Shown here piece by piece: positions 45,485-54,314 of a stretch of 64,000 bases of DNA. A program made the translations under genes and the position numbers. The notes below the pieces were generated by a model. That model worked only from the letters and a program-made list of their open reading frames with translations. It was not told the origin of the DNA and did no database searches. Source of the DNA: Planctomycetota bacterium (lineage in GTDB: Bacteria > Planctomycetota > PUPC01 > JACPCR01); assembly GCA_016179685.1 (NCBI GenBank), contig JACPCR010000088.1, forward strand, positions 627 to 64,626. The letters are read 5' to 3'. Positions within the stretch are counted from its first letter, which is position 1, and the number at the start of each line of letters is the position of its first letter.

Positions 45485-45534
45485 CTAGCAGACGAGTTCG
45501 CCAGTGCACCTGCACTGGCGAACTCGTCTGCTAG
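45485..45534. repeat. palindromic repeat family B, copy 2 (24-bp perfect arms)
   Basis: CTAGCAGACGAGTTCGCCAGTGCA-cc-TGCACTGGCGAACTCGTCTGCTAG. The right arm contains the stop codon of the minus-strand HAD gene. Confidence 0.85.
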
Positions 45535-46226
45535 CCATCGAGGATCTCCCTGAGATTGCCGATGACGTGGGGCAAGCCGCTCTCACGCGGCGCATCCCGC
45601 TGGAGGCACAGGGCGTGCATCCCCGCCGCCCGGGCGCCGTTGTAGTCCCGCCCCTCGCTGTCGCCCACGTGCAAGGCCGCGCCTGGCGGTACGCCCGCCC
45701 GCTCGAGCGCGGCCTCGAAGATCGCCCGGTGCGGCTTCTCCCACCCCGCCGTTCGGGAAGCAAGCACAAAATCGAAATAGCCGAGGAGCGACAACGCTTC
45801 GAGGATGCCGGGCAGCCGCTCGTCGAAGTTCGAGATGACGCCTAGCCGGACTCCTCGTCCCTTGAGGGTATCCAACACCTCCTTCGTCTCCGGGTAGCAT
45901 TCCCAGGCATCCGCCCCTGCGAACGTCTCGAACAGGCGGTCAAAAATGGGTTGTAGGTGCTGCGTGCGATATCCGGCCTCGGAGAAGGTCCGAAAGACGA
46001 CGCGCCTCCACCATTCCCTGGCGGGGACGACCGGGAAGCCGAAGTTGGGCGATTCGGCCTCAACGGCGGCGAAGGCGCGGCTGAAGGCCTCGCCCAATGC
46101 CCGCGCGTTCGTTTCGAGCCCGTGCTCGCGTGCGGCGCGGGCATAGGCCGCGCCGACGCCTCCACGTACCTGCACCAGCGTGCCGGTGAAGTCCAACGTG
46201 ATCAGCTTCCACTGCCTGACCAACAT
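45531..46226 (-). CDS. HAD-superfamily hydrolase (subfamily IA-like)
   Basis: LITLDFTGTL (motif I), VISNFD (motif II) and HVGDSEGRDYNGARAAG (motifs III/IV). The start is set at ATG 46226. Confidence 0.8.
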   Translation of the reverse strand: MLVRQWKLITLDFTGTLVQVRGGVGAAYARAAREHGLETNARALGEAFSRAFAAVEAESPNFGFPVVPAREWWRRVVFRTFSEAGYRTQHLQPIFDRLFETFAGADAWECYPETKEVLDTLKGRGVRLGVISNFDERLPGILEALSLLGYFDFVLASRTAGWEKPHRAIFEAALERAGVPPGAALHVGDSEGRDYNGARAAGMHALCLQRDAPRESGLPHVIGNLREILDG

Positions 46227-46447
46227 GCGTCCGTCCCCCCTTGGGGCAGGTTTCGTGCCCGCCCATGCCCGTACCCCCACAACGTCCAACCCCGCGGTCT
46301 CACCCCACGTGCACCCCTCCATGTGCCACCATTAGGCGACTTGCCTGTACGGCTGCGGGTCCCTCCGGCCGGAAATAGGATTTGACACCAGCGATGGGCG
46401 GCGTTACTTTGCCCGTGGATGATGAACTGACGAAAGGAGAATCCCCC

Positions 46448-46654
46448 ATGCCCGACCCGGCCATTTATCTCTGCTTGAACGGGCCTCTCAAGGTTGAGGG
46501 CCCCGTGAGACTCGTCGACCATCAGGGAAAGGAATTCAACCTCCAGGGCAAAGACACCTATTGGGTCTGCCGCTGCGGAGCTTCCGGGAACAAGCCCTTC
46601 TGCGACGGCAGCCACAAGAAGAACAATTTCAAAGCCGAACAGGCCGCCCGCTGA
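46448..46654 (+). CDS. CDGSH-type iron-sulfur domain protein
   Basis: CRCGASGNKPFCDGSHKK motif. AAGGAG lies upstream of ATG 46448. Confidence 0.8.
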   Translation: MPDPAIYLCLNGPLKVEGPVRLVDHQGKEFNLQGKDTYWVCRCGASGNKPFCDGSHKKNNFKAEQAAR

Positions 46655-46689
46655 ATGCGAGGCCCGCCATAGGGGTGGAAACGCATGTC

Positions 46690-46772
46690 CTCTCCCGCCA
46701 GGGCTGGGCCGGCGAGGCCGGGCCAATCCTGGCTCTGAAATCCGCGAGCCTGAAGGGCGCAGCGAATTTCAT
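46690..46772 (-). repeat. intergenic repeat family A, copy 3 (inverted orientation)
   Basis: The reverse complement reads ATGAAATTCGCTGCGCCCTTCAGGCTCGCGGATTTCAGAGCCAGGATTGGCCCGGCCTCGCCGGCCCAGCC... Confidence 0.8.
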
Positions 46773-46785
46773 CTGGTGATTGTTG

Positions 46786-47547
46786 ATGCCTGATTATTTC
46801 CGCATCGTCTTGGTGGGACTGGGCGAACAACCCGGCCGCGTGATGGCCCGTATCCGGGACTTCACCGGGTTCAGCCTTCCCAAGACCGAGTGGTTCATCG
46901 AGCATCTGCCGCTTCCAGTGCTGGACGGTCTCAGCGATCCCCGGGACATCGAGAGGGTGAAGACGGCGCTGGAGCAGGCCGGAGCGAGCGTGCACATCGA
47001 GCCCAGCCGCATCCATCTGCCCATGATGGTGTGGCATCCCGCTTTTGACAACCTGGCCTTCGTCAGCACCCAGTTTCCTCCGAAGCCGCATTCCTTCGGC
47101 TGGGTGCTGGACAATCAGCTTGCGGGTATGGGCCGGCCCACGTTTCCCGTGGACCTGGAGTTCCTGCGTGCGCTCCACGTGGACCTGGTCATCTCGCTCA
47201 CCGAACTTCCACTTCCCGAACACGTTCAGATTCTCCTCGAGTCGCGCATCCTGCACCTGCCGGTGCCCGATCTCAGCCGTCCGGCCCAGGAACAGGTCGA
47301 GCAGGCGGTCCAGGAGATTCACCAGACCCTGGAAGGCGGAGGCAAGGTCGTGGTCCACTGCGGGGCCGGTATGGGCCGAACGGGCGTGATCCTCGCCTGT
47401 TACCTGGTCTTCACCGGTCTCAGCGCGGAGGACGCCATCACGGAGGTGCGCATCCGCCGGCCCGGCTCGATCGAGACCGAGGACCAGGAGCGCTGCGTCT
47501 GGGACTACGAGAAGCGCCTGCGTCCGAATTCGCCCCACGGGACGTAG
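46786..47547 (+). CDS. fusion of a ribosomal L7/L12 C-terminal-domain-like module and a dual-specificity (Cys-based) protein phosphatase
   Basis: N-terminus: FRIVLVGLGEQPGRVMARIRDFTGFSLPKTEWFIEHLPLPVLDGLSDPRDIERVKTALEQAGASVHIE aligns position by position with the E. coli L7/L12 CTD ([67 protein letters not shown]). C-terminus: the CX5R P-loop VVVHCGAGMGRTG. Confidence 0.7.
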   Translation: MPDYFRIVLVGLGEQPGRVMARIRDFTGFSLPKTEWFIEHLPLPVLDGLSDPRDIERVKTALEQAGASVHIEPSRIHLPMMVWHPAFDNLAFVSTQFPPKPHSFGWVLDNQLAGMGRPTFPVDLEFLRALHVDLVISLTELPLPEHVQILLESRILHLPVPDLSRPAQEQVEQAVQEIHQTLEGGGKVVVHCGAGMGRTGVILACYLVFTGLSAEDAITEVRIRRPGSIETEDQERCVWDYEKRLRPNSPHGT

Positions 47548-47668
47548 CGCGGACACGATTGGCGGGCTAAGAAGCCCCTTCCCCGGGTTTTCGGCCGTAC
47601 CGACGCGGCATCAGACTTTACCTTCCTGGCGCATGACACCTTGCAATGCTCTTGGGTGCTGGAGAGGT

Positions 47669-48088
47669 TCACCCCTGGGATACGGAGGTACGGGCGTGGT
47701 TTTCTTCGCGGGCGACAACGCACCACACGGTTACGCCAAGGGCTGCTCCGAGGACGTCCGCGAGCAGGTCCTTTCCGTCCATAGCTCGCATCGGGATGAA
47801 CTGCTGATGCCACTCGTCCAGGCAGGCGTAGAGGGCGGCTACCCCCGCGGTCGACAGGGCCAGGCCGGCGCGCCCCAGTCCCGATCCGGGCCGACGCGCC
47901 CAGCAGAGAAGGAGCGCAAGAAGGGTGTAGCCCGCCGCATGGGCCACCTTGTCTGAAACCCGGACCGGCCTCGCCTGCAAGACCAACCAGTTTCCCGGGA
48001 TACTCGTGGCCGCCAGAAGAAACAGCCAGTAAGCTCCCAGAATGGCCCATCTTACTGGTCCTCTTCGGACCCAAAGAGCTTCAGCCAT
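47669..48088 (-). CDS. VanZ-family membrane protein
   Basis: SDKVAHAAGY ... CLDEWHQQFIPMRAMDGKDLLADVLGAALG matches the VanZ pattern (DK..H...Y ... DE..Q.F.P.R....D..AN..G). Confidence 0.7.
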   Translation of the reverse strand: MAEALWVRRGPVRWAILGAYWLFLLAATSIPGNWLVLQARPVRVSDKVAHAAGYTLLALLLCWARRPGSGLGRAGLALSTAGVAALYACLDEWHQQFIPMRAMDGKDLLADVLGAALGVTVWCVVAREENHARTSVSQG

Positions 48089-48558
48089 TGGCGGACCTCG
48101 AGAGGGGAAATCGGCTTCCCATATTTCTCGCCCGGCTCAGGGGGCGGCCTTTTCTTCTCCCTGGGCGTCCGCTTGGACGCCATTTCCTTCAGGAACGTCG
48201 CCGAATCGATGGACTCGGCCCCGCGTTTCTTCGCAGCGCCCCGAATCGCCCGGTCGCTGCTCACCACCCGGAGACCCCTCGGGTTCGACTCCCCCTCGAC
48301 GAGCGCCTCAATCTCGCCGTCCGCCTTCCGCGGCGACCGCGAGAAGCGGACCTCGATTCCGGGCGGGTCGGCCGTGTGGCTTCTACGGCCGACCGTCCCA
48401 TCGAAGACCAGGGTGATCCGGTCTCCCGTCGCCGCGTGATAGGAAATCAGCCGACCGATCAGTCCATCCCTGGCCCGCTCGAGCTCCCCGCGCAGCATGC
48501 AGGCCGAAAGCTCCTCGTCGGCATGAATCAGGTTGTAACCGTCAATGATGACCCACAT
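48052..48558 (-). CDS. YacP/Rae1-like NYN-domain ribonuclease
   Basis: MWVIIDGYNLIHADEEL..., ITLVFDG, and a C-terminal basic tail. Upstream starts (ATG 48609, TTG 48612) are possible. The 3' end overlaps the vanZ-like start by 37 nt. Confidence 0.65.
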   Translation of the reverse strand: MWVIIDGYNLIHADEELSACMLRGELERARDGLIGRLISYHAATGDRITLVFDGTVGRRSHTADPPGIEVRFSRSPRKADGEIEALVEGESNPRGLRVVSSDRAIRGAAKKRGAESIDSATFLKEMASKRTPREKKRPPPEPGEKYGKPISPLEVRQWLKLFGSEEDQ

Positions 48559-48626
48559 GGCCGGATTGTCCCCGTTGCGGGGGCCTCGGTCGCCAGTCAA
48601 CGAATTCATCAATTGCTTCAGTCGTT

Positions 48627-48680
48627 CACCCGCCGTTACTCACAAACTTTCGGCCGAAAGTTTGTGAGTAACGGCGGGTG
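48627..48680. repeat. perfect 54-bp palindrome (27 + 27 nt, no spacer) in the divergent NYN / trpF intergenic region
   Basis: CACCCGCCGTTACTCACAAACTTTCGG | CCGAAAGTTTGTGAGTAACGGCGGGTG. Verified base by base. The flanking bases do not extend the palindrome. Confidence 0.9.
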
Positions 48681-48801
48681 GCCTCGGTTGCAAAAGGTCG
48701 CCGGGATGGGATCATGACAGCGATAGTACGCACTCGGGGCCTTGTCAATTTCTGAAGCCAAGGGTGCAGCAACTCGGTGTCGCACCCATCGGGAACGCTC
48801 C

Positions 48802-49446
48802 ATGCCTGTCTGTCGAGTCAAGGTTTGTGGCATCACTCGGGCAGAGGACGCCCTGCTCGCCGCGGAATTCGGGGCGGCCGCCATAGGGCTGATCTTCGCT
48901 GAAAGCAAGCGCCAGGTCACCCCCGACGCCGCAGCGGACATTGTCCGCCAACTCCCGCCGTTTGTCACGCCCGTCGGGGTCTTCGTCAATGAAAGGCCGG
49001 AGGAAATCCGGCGTCTGGCCGAGCGGTGCGGCCTCGGCGCGGTTCAACTCCACGGCGACGAGACCCCGGATGACCTGCGCGCCCTGGCCGGGCTCAAGAC
49101 CATCAAAGTCGTCCGGGTCCGCGATCGCTCCAGCCTCGAGGGGCTTGCGGAGTATCCGGCGAGTGCGTTCCTCCTGGACACCTATTCAGCCGAGGCCCGA
49201 GGCGGCACGGGCCAGACCTTCGACTGGCAGGCCACCCGAGGCATCCGATTCCCCGCTCCCGTCATCCTGTCGGGCGGGCTTCATGCGGAAAACGTCGCCC
49301 GGGCCATCGAACAGGTGCAGCCCCATGCCGTGGACGTTTCCAGCGGGGTGGAGTCCGCGCCGGGGATCAAGGACCCGGGTCTGCTCCGCCGATTTTTTGA
49401 GGCCGTGCGCGGGACCAGGCTTCAGCGAAGCGTTACCTCTACTTAG
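48802..49446 (+). CDS. trpF: phosphoribosylanthranilate isomerase
   Basis: VKVCGITRAEDALLAAEFGAAAIGLIF, VQLHGDE, FLLDTY...GGTGQTFDW, ILSGGL and VDVSSGVE. Confidence 0.85.
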   Translation: MPVCRVKVCGITRAEDALLAAEFGAAAIGLIFAESKRQVTPDAAADIVRQLPPFVTPVGVFVNERPEEIRRLAERCGLGAVQLHGDETPDDLRALAGLKTIKVVRVRDRSSLEGLAEYPASAFLLDTYSAEARGGTGQTFDWQATRGIRFPAPVILSGGLHAENVARAIEQVQPHAVDVSSGVESAPGIKDPGLLRRFFEAVRGTRLQRSVTST

Positions 49447-49606
49447 CGCATCGGTTCACAAGATCGTAATAGGTTTCCAGTCCTTCGATTCATAAATCCG
49501 ATGAGGGATTTCTTCCCTCAGGACTAGTGCCGAGTAAGCAAACGGGGTGATCCAATGATGGTCATTGGTCATGGTATTTGCGCATTGGAGCATTAGCGTT
49601 TAAGAC

Positions 49607-49649
49607 CCTCACCCCGGCCCTCTCCCAGATGGAGATGGCCGGGGTGAGG
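49607..49649 (+). terminator. 13-bp GC-rich hairpin (CCTCACCCCGGCC / GGCCGGGGTGAGG) followed by TGTTTGTT
   Basis: Seen directly in the sequence, in an AT-richer spacer ~160 nt after trpF. Confidence 0.4.
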
Positions 49650-49834
49650 TGTTTGTTCATCGATGAATAACAGGTAAAAACCTTCTTCGAATCGAGTTGT
49701 CCCCGAAGGGTTGGCCGAGATAGAATGACTTTCTGACCTCGGCTCGCGTCGAGGTGCAGAGACGGCCTCGGCGGCCGGAGTTCCCCGGGCGCGCCGCGGA
49801 AGCCGCCAGAACGTAACTTTGAGGACCTTGTTCC

Positions 49835-50983
49835 ATGTCACAATCCATGCCGGACCCCCGTGAGGCCGCCCGAGTCGAGGCGGAGCGTATCCGCACGAAC
49901 CGGGACCAGTTTGTGTACCATCCGCTCGAGCGCGTCATGAAAGACGCCCCATGGGTGGATCGCGAGAGCCTGGTGGCCGGGCTCGAAGCCTTTCATCGTG
50001 AGCGCATGGCACGCGTCCCTTCGCCTGCCCGGTTTCCCGAAGCCAAGCCCTGGGTGGAGCACGTCCGGGCCCATGAGCACGAGCTGCGCCGGTTGGCAGA
50101 GTTGAATGACCGCGAGGTGGCGCTCTACCGGAGTCTTCATCATTACCTCGCATTCCGCGGGTTTGCACAGGCCAGGCCGGTCTTGGCGACCGCTGAGAAA
50201 TGCCGGGTGGCGTACGTGCCGGAGACGGACCAGGGCGCGCTCCACATCAAGAACGTGGATGATCCGCCGACCTTCTGGAAGCGGGACAAGCCCCTACCGC
50301 CCCGCGTGGCGGAATACTGGTGGGACAAGCAGGAATGGGCGATGGATGGAGTGGGTTCCGGCCTTCATATCGACGACGAGCCGGAGGAGATTTTTCCGCT
50401 GCCGGTCCTGACGATGGTCGGGCACTATGCGAACGATGTGCCCTCCGTAGTCGATTTCCTGCGACGGTACTCGCCCTTCTGGGGCGGGTCGAACAATCTC
50501 GTTTATGACAAGAAGAGGAGGTCCGTGGCCATCGAGAAGTGCAGCTTCAACGGCATCGAGGTGTACGAGCCCGGCCCGGATGGCCAGAGCCACATCAGCG
50601 GGATGGCCTGCCGCGACCCGAAATCGTCGCTGGGACGCTACCAGACGGCGAAACGGGATCGATACCGGGCACTTTTCAAGCTTCCGGAGGACGGCCCCGA
50701 TTCCTGCTTCTGGAAGGCCTGCGACCGAGCGGAGCAGAAGCTGTCGAGCACGCTGAAGCGACTCGGCCGCCGGCCCAGGGTGGAGGAGGTCACGCGGCTC
50801 TTTGTCACCCCGTGGCCCGACGGGTTGTGCAAGTGCGGCAGCAAGTTCCACCCGAATCAGGGCTACCTGGAATACACGCTGATCACCATTGCGCACCTGC
50901 TGGACCGACGACGTAGTCTTCGATGGCAGCGGAACGATGACGACCTCGGCTGGCCCTCCGAGCCGGAGGTGAGCCAGGCCTGA
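49835..50983 (+). CDS. hypothetical protein (382 aa), possibly Ntn-hydrolase/C45-like
   Basis: A long ORF with normal composition. EKCRVAYVPETDQGALHIKNVDDP weakly resembles the Cys-nucleophile ... GRN.D pattern of C45/choloylglycine-type hydrolases. This assignment is speculative. Confidence 0.5.
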   Translation: MSQSMPDPREAARVEAERIRTNRDQFVYHPLERVMKDAPWVDRESLVAGLEAFHRERMARVPSPARFPEAKPWVEHVRAHEHELRRLAELNDREVALYRSLHHYLAFRGFAQARPVLATAEKCRVAYVPETDQGALHIKNVDDPPTFWKRDKPLPPRVAEYWWDKQEWAMDGVGSGLHIDDEPEEIFPLPVLTMVGHYANDVPSVVDFLRRYSPFWGGSNNLVYDKKRRSVAIEKCSFNGIEVYEPGPDGQSHISGMACRDPKSSLGRYQTAKRDRYRALFKLPEDGPDSCFWKACDRAEQKLSSTLKRLGRRPRVEEVTRLFVTPWPDGLCKCGSKFHPNQGYLEYTLITIAHLLDRRRSLRWQRNDDDLGWPSEPEVSQA

Positions 50984-51099
50984 GCAGCCGCAGAGGCGCT
51001 TGCGGGAGCATCCGGCTGGCACCGGCCCGTTCGTCATTCACCTTCATCACGATCAGTCCTTTCGTGAAAAACGAACGGACGCACGGGTCTGCTCATGGG

Positions 51100-52041
51100 A
51101 TGAATTCTCCGCGGCTGCCCATGGTCTATCTCTTTCTTCAAGTCGCCACGACGGTTCTGTTCCAGTTGCTTCTGCGCTTCGGGCAGATGCGGCGCGGCAA
51201 CGCCATCGCTGCAGGTGCGGTGAATTACGTCGTCGCTGCCCTCTTCGCGCTCGGACGCTTCCTCCTCGAAGGAAGCCAGGCCGCGCCGACGTCGAGCCCG
51301 CCGTCCCTCGCATCCAGCGAATGCGGCCTCACCGTCGCCGTCTCCCTGGGATGTCTCAATGGCTTCCTCTTCGCCTCGCATCTGCTCGTCGTCCTTGCCG
51401 GGTTCGAAGTCGCTGGCGTGGGCGTGACCGTCGCCGTCACCACTTCGAGCGCAGTCATCCCGGTCCTCGTCTCCTGGTACGCCTGGTCGGGTCCGATGAA
51501 CCTGTTGCGCTGGGCCGCGGTGGGTCTTCTGCCGGTGGCCATGGTGCTCATGCGGCCACGCCAGGTCCCGTCGCCCCGGGAAGAAACCAGCCGGGACGGC
51601 CCCGCAGGCCGGCTCAGATGGAAGGCCGACGCCATCCTGCTCCTCAGCTTCCTCATGAGCGGCAGCGTCCAGACCATCCACAAGGCATTCGACGTCTACG
51701 CGGGCGCCCCATTGCAGCCTGCTTACCACCTCAGCCTTTTCTCGAGCGCGGCGACCTGCGGCCTCATCTACGCCGGTATGCGCCGCATCCCGCTCGAACG
51801 CACGGACGCGTGGGTCGGGATTCCCCTGGGCCTGGCCAACACCCTCAGCCTGTTCTTTCTACTGCGCGGCCTCCAGGCCCTACCCGCCACGGTCTTCTTC
51901 CCCGTGAGCAGCACCGCGGTGATTGGACTCAACCTGTTCCTGGTCTGGCTCATCTGGGGAGAGGAGATCACTCGGCGGCAGTTGGCCGGGATTTTCATCG
52001 CCATGGCGGTCGTTGGCCTGGCCCGGCCGGGCAGCGAGTAG
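51100..52041 (+). CDS. DMT-superfamily (EamA-like) 10-TM transporter
   Basis: Two homologous 5-TM halves, each ending with a W...E/R...G..I motif (e.g. IWGEEITRRQLAGIFIAMAVVGL). The start is uncertain (51064 or 51100). Confidence 0.6.
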   Translation: MNSPRLPMVYLFLQVATTVLFQLLLRFGQMRRGNAIAAGAVNYVVAALFALGRFLLEGSQAAPTSSPPSLASSECGLTVAVSLGCLNGFLFASHLLVVLAGFEVAGVGVTVAVTTSSAVIPVLVSWYAWSGPMNLLRWAAVGLLPVAMVLMRPRQVPSPREETSRDGPAGRLRWKADAILLLSFLMSGSVQTIHKAFDVYAGAPLQPAYHLSLFSSAATCGLIYAGMRRIPLERTDAWVGIPLGLANTLSLFFLLRGLQALPATVFFPVSSTAVIGLNLFLVWLIWGEEITRRQLAGIFIAMAVVGLARPGSE

Positions 52042-52083
52042 ACGAGCTCGCAAATGCACCCGCACCAGCGAACTCGTCTACTC
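52036..52083. repeat. palindromic repeat family B, copy 3 (16-nt arms, 1 mismatch) containing both convergent stop codons
   Basis: GAGTAGACGAGCTCGC-aaatgcacccgcacca-GCGAACTCGTCTACTC. The TAG of the transporter gene (52039..52041) and the stop of miaB (52078..52080) lie inside the arms. Confidence 0.8.
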
Positions 52084-53517
52084 GTTTCCCAGGGTTTCCC
52101 GGGCCTGCAGGCTGTGGGGTCCGGATTCGGAAATACGGACCCCCACGGTCTGTCCGATGAGGTTGTCGTCGCCCGGGAAATGGACCGGCTTGTTGGTGCG
52201 GGTGCGGCCGACGAGCCGGCGCTCGGGATCGTCCTCCGCGCGGCCTTCCACAAGGACCTCCTGGACGGAACCGACGGCGGCGGCGTTCTTTCGGGTGGAG
52301 ATTTCCTTGGCCAGCCGGATCAGGCGTTCGAGCCGTGCCTGTTTGACCTCCGGGGGAACATCGTCAGGGAAGTCGGCTGCAGGCGTGCCGGGCCGGACGC
52401 TGAACTTGAACAGGTAGACCATGTCGAACTCCACTGCGGAGACCAGGTCGAGCGTGGCCTGAAAATCCTCCTCCGTCTCCGCGGGATATCCGACAATGAT
52501 GTCCGTGGCCACGGCGAGGCCGGGTATGCGGCTTCGAGCTCCCTGGATTTTTTCCTGGTATTCCTCTCTCGAGTAGCCGCGCCGCATGTGAGTGAGAATG
52601 CGATTCGAGCCGGACTGCACGGGCAGATGGAGGAATTCGCACACCTTTTCGCACTCCGCCATGGCCTTGAAGATTTCCGTACGCATCTTGAGAGGATGGG
52701 AAGTCGTATAGCGGATGCGTTCGAGGCCGCGGACCTTGTTGCAGGCCCGGAGGAGCGCATCAAAGCGATGAGGCCCGTCGCGGTAGGCATTGATGGTCTG
52801 GCCCAGAAGGGTCGCTTCTTTCGTTCCCATGGCCACGAGGCGCTCCAGCTCGGCGACCACCTCCGGGATGGGCCGGTAGCGCTCGCGGCCCCGAACTGAG
52901 GGGACGATGCAGTAGGTGCAGGCATAGTTGCAGCCGCGCTGGACGGCCAGCCAGGCCTTCAATCCGCCGGGGCCCCGCGCCGCGGCCACGGACCCGTAAT
53001 CTTCCTCGTTGTCCAGGTCGAGCGCCTGCTGCTGACCCTCGCCGCTTTCGAGACGGGCCAGCAGCTCCGGAAGTCGGCGGTAACTGTCCGGGCCCACCAC
53101 CAGGTCCACGTGGCCTGCTCGATCCAGGATTTCCCCCCCGATCCGCTGGGACATGCATCCGAGGACGCCGAGCCAGAGGCCCGGCCTATGCTCCTTCAGG
53201 CTCTTCAACTGCCCGATCCGGCCGTAGACGCGCTGTTCCGCATGCTCCCGCACCGCACACGTATTCAACAAGATCAGGTCCGCATCGTCGGGAGACGAGG
53301 CCGGCGCATAGCCCGCCTGCATGAGGATGCCGCCGACCAGCTCGGAATCATAAAAATTCATCTGGCAGCCGTAGGTCTGGATGTAATAACGCTTGAGCCC
53401 GGGGACGGTCGCAGGATGCCGCGCCTCAGCGACCCGGTCCGTCGGATCGTGCGCAAACGACGGATGGTGGTCCGGCGCCGGTTGTAGAATGGGAAACAGA
53501 CAGTCGCTCATGGCCAT
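52078..53517 (-). CDS. miaB: tRNA-i6A37 methylthiotransferase MiaB (radical SAM MTTase)
   Basis: YIQTYGCQMNFYDSE (UPF0004 cluster), the radical-SAM motif CNYACTYCIVP, and a C-terminal TRAM-like VGRTRTNKPVHF...GQTVGVRI. Confidence 0.85.
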   Translation of the reverse strand: MAMSDCLFPILQPAPDHHPSFAHDPTDRVAEARHPATVPGLKRYYIQTYGCQMNFYDSELVGGILMQAGYAPASSPDDADLILLNTCAVREHAEQRVYGRIGQLKSLKEHRPGLWLGVLGCMSQRIGGEILDRAGHVDLVVGPDSYRRLPELLARLESGEGQQQALDLDNEEDYGSVAAARGPGGLKAWLAVQRGCNYACTYCIVPSVRGRERYRPIPEVVAELERLVAMGTKEATLLGQTINAYRDGPHRFDALLRACNKVRGLERIRYTTSHPLKMRTEIFKAMAECEKVCEFLHLPVQSGSNRILTHMRRGYSREEYQEKIQGARSRIPGLAVATDIIVGYPAETEEDFQATLDLVSAVEFDMVYLFKFSVRPGTPAADFPDDVPPEVKQARLERLIRLAKEISTRKNAAAVGSVQEVLVEGRAEDDPERRLVGRTRTNKPVHFPGDDNLIGQTVGVRISESGPHSLQARETLGNE

Positions 53518-53651
53518 TCCATATTATCGACCCCTGAAATCCCTGCAACGCATCACCCAGCAGCCCTTCGACACGAGTCCACCCTCACTGCCCGCGGAGA
53601 ACGCAGAGGGGCGCAGAGGTCCGTCCCAAGGTGCAGGCGCGCCAGCGCGGA

Positions 53652-54059
53652 TCACTCGGGTGCAATCAACTGTAGGGTAGGAAAATAGGCTTGATACCGC
53701 GCCGCGTTTCTTGTGATGAGGGGCAGACCCGCTACCGCCGCATGGGCGCCAATGAAAAAATCAGGCAGCGGATTCAGACGCGGCCCCCCAGCTCTCCGGT
53801 ATCGAAGAAAACACTTGCCAGCCAGAAAGGCAGCCTCCCAGGGAATCGGCAGCCGATCGACGAGTTCTCGCGGAAGCGCTGCCTCAAGCTCCTCGATGCG
53901 CTCGAAACGAATAGAAACCTCCGAATAAATGATGGGATTGATGGCTAACGTGTAACTGTCGGCGTAGCGCTCCAGAGTTTCCGCAGACCATCCGGACCAC
54001 TGCTCATCTTGAGTCAGGATATCGAGGAGTACGTTCGAATCCACAAGAATATGCGCCAT
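53652..54059 (-). CDS. vapC: PIN-domain toxin VapC
   Basis: ILVDSNVLLDIL..., an internal acidic residue in IYSEV, a C-terminal DFFIGAHAAVAGLPLITRN, and a location 8 nt after the AbrB-type antitoxin gene. Confidence 0.85.
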   Translation of the reverse strand: MAHILVDSNVLLDILTQDEQWSGWSAETLERYADSYTLAINPIIYSEVSIRFERIEELEAALPRELVDRLPIPWEAAFLAGKCFLRYRRAGGPRLNPLPDFFIGAHAAVAGLPLITRNAARYQAYFPTLQLIAPE

Positions 54060-54067
54060 GGCACGAT

Positions 54068-54295
54068 TTACTGCCCCCGCGTCAACGCCAGAATCTCCTC
54101 CGTCGTCATCTTTACCGTCCCTTTCCCCCTCAACGCATCTACGAGGGCGCGGCCACGCGGATGCCGCCCCTCCACTTTCTTCAAGTAAACGCCGCCGCTC
54201 TCGAGAACGAACTCGACCTCAGTCCCCGGAAGCAGACCCGCCTTCTCGCGTATCTCGCCCGGGATGGTGACCTGTCCCTTGCAAGTAATCCTCAT
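54068..54295 (-). CDS. vapB: AbrB/MazE/SpoVT-type antitoxin VapB
   Basis: MRITCKGQVTIPGEIREKAGLLPGTEVEF is the classic SpoVT/AbrB swapped-hairpin motif. Confidence 0.85.
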   Translation of the reverse strand: MRITCKGQVTIPGEIREKAGLLPGTEVEFVLESGGVYLKKVEGRHPRGRALVDALRGKGTVKMTTEEILALTRGQ

Positions 54296-54314
54296 GGCTC
54301 GTTCTCCATTGTTG

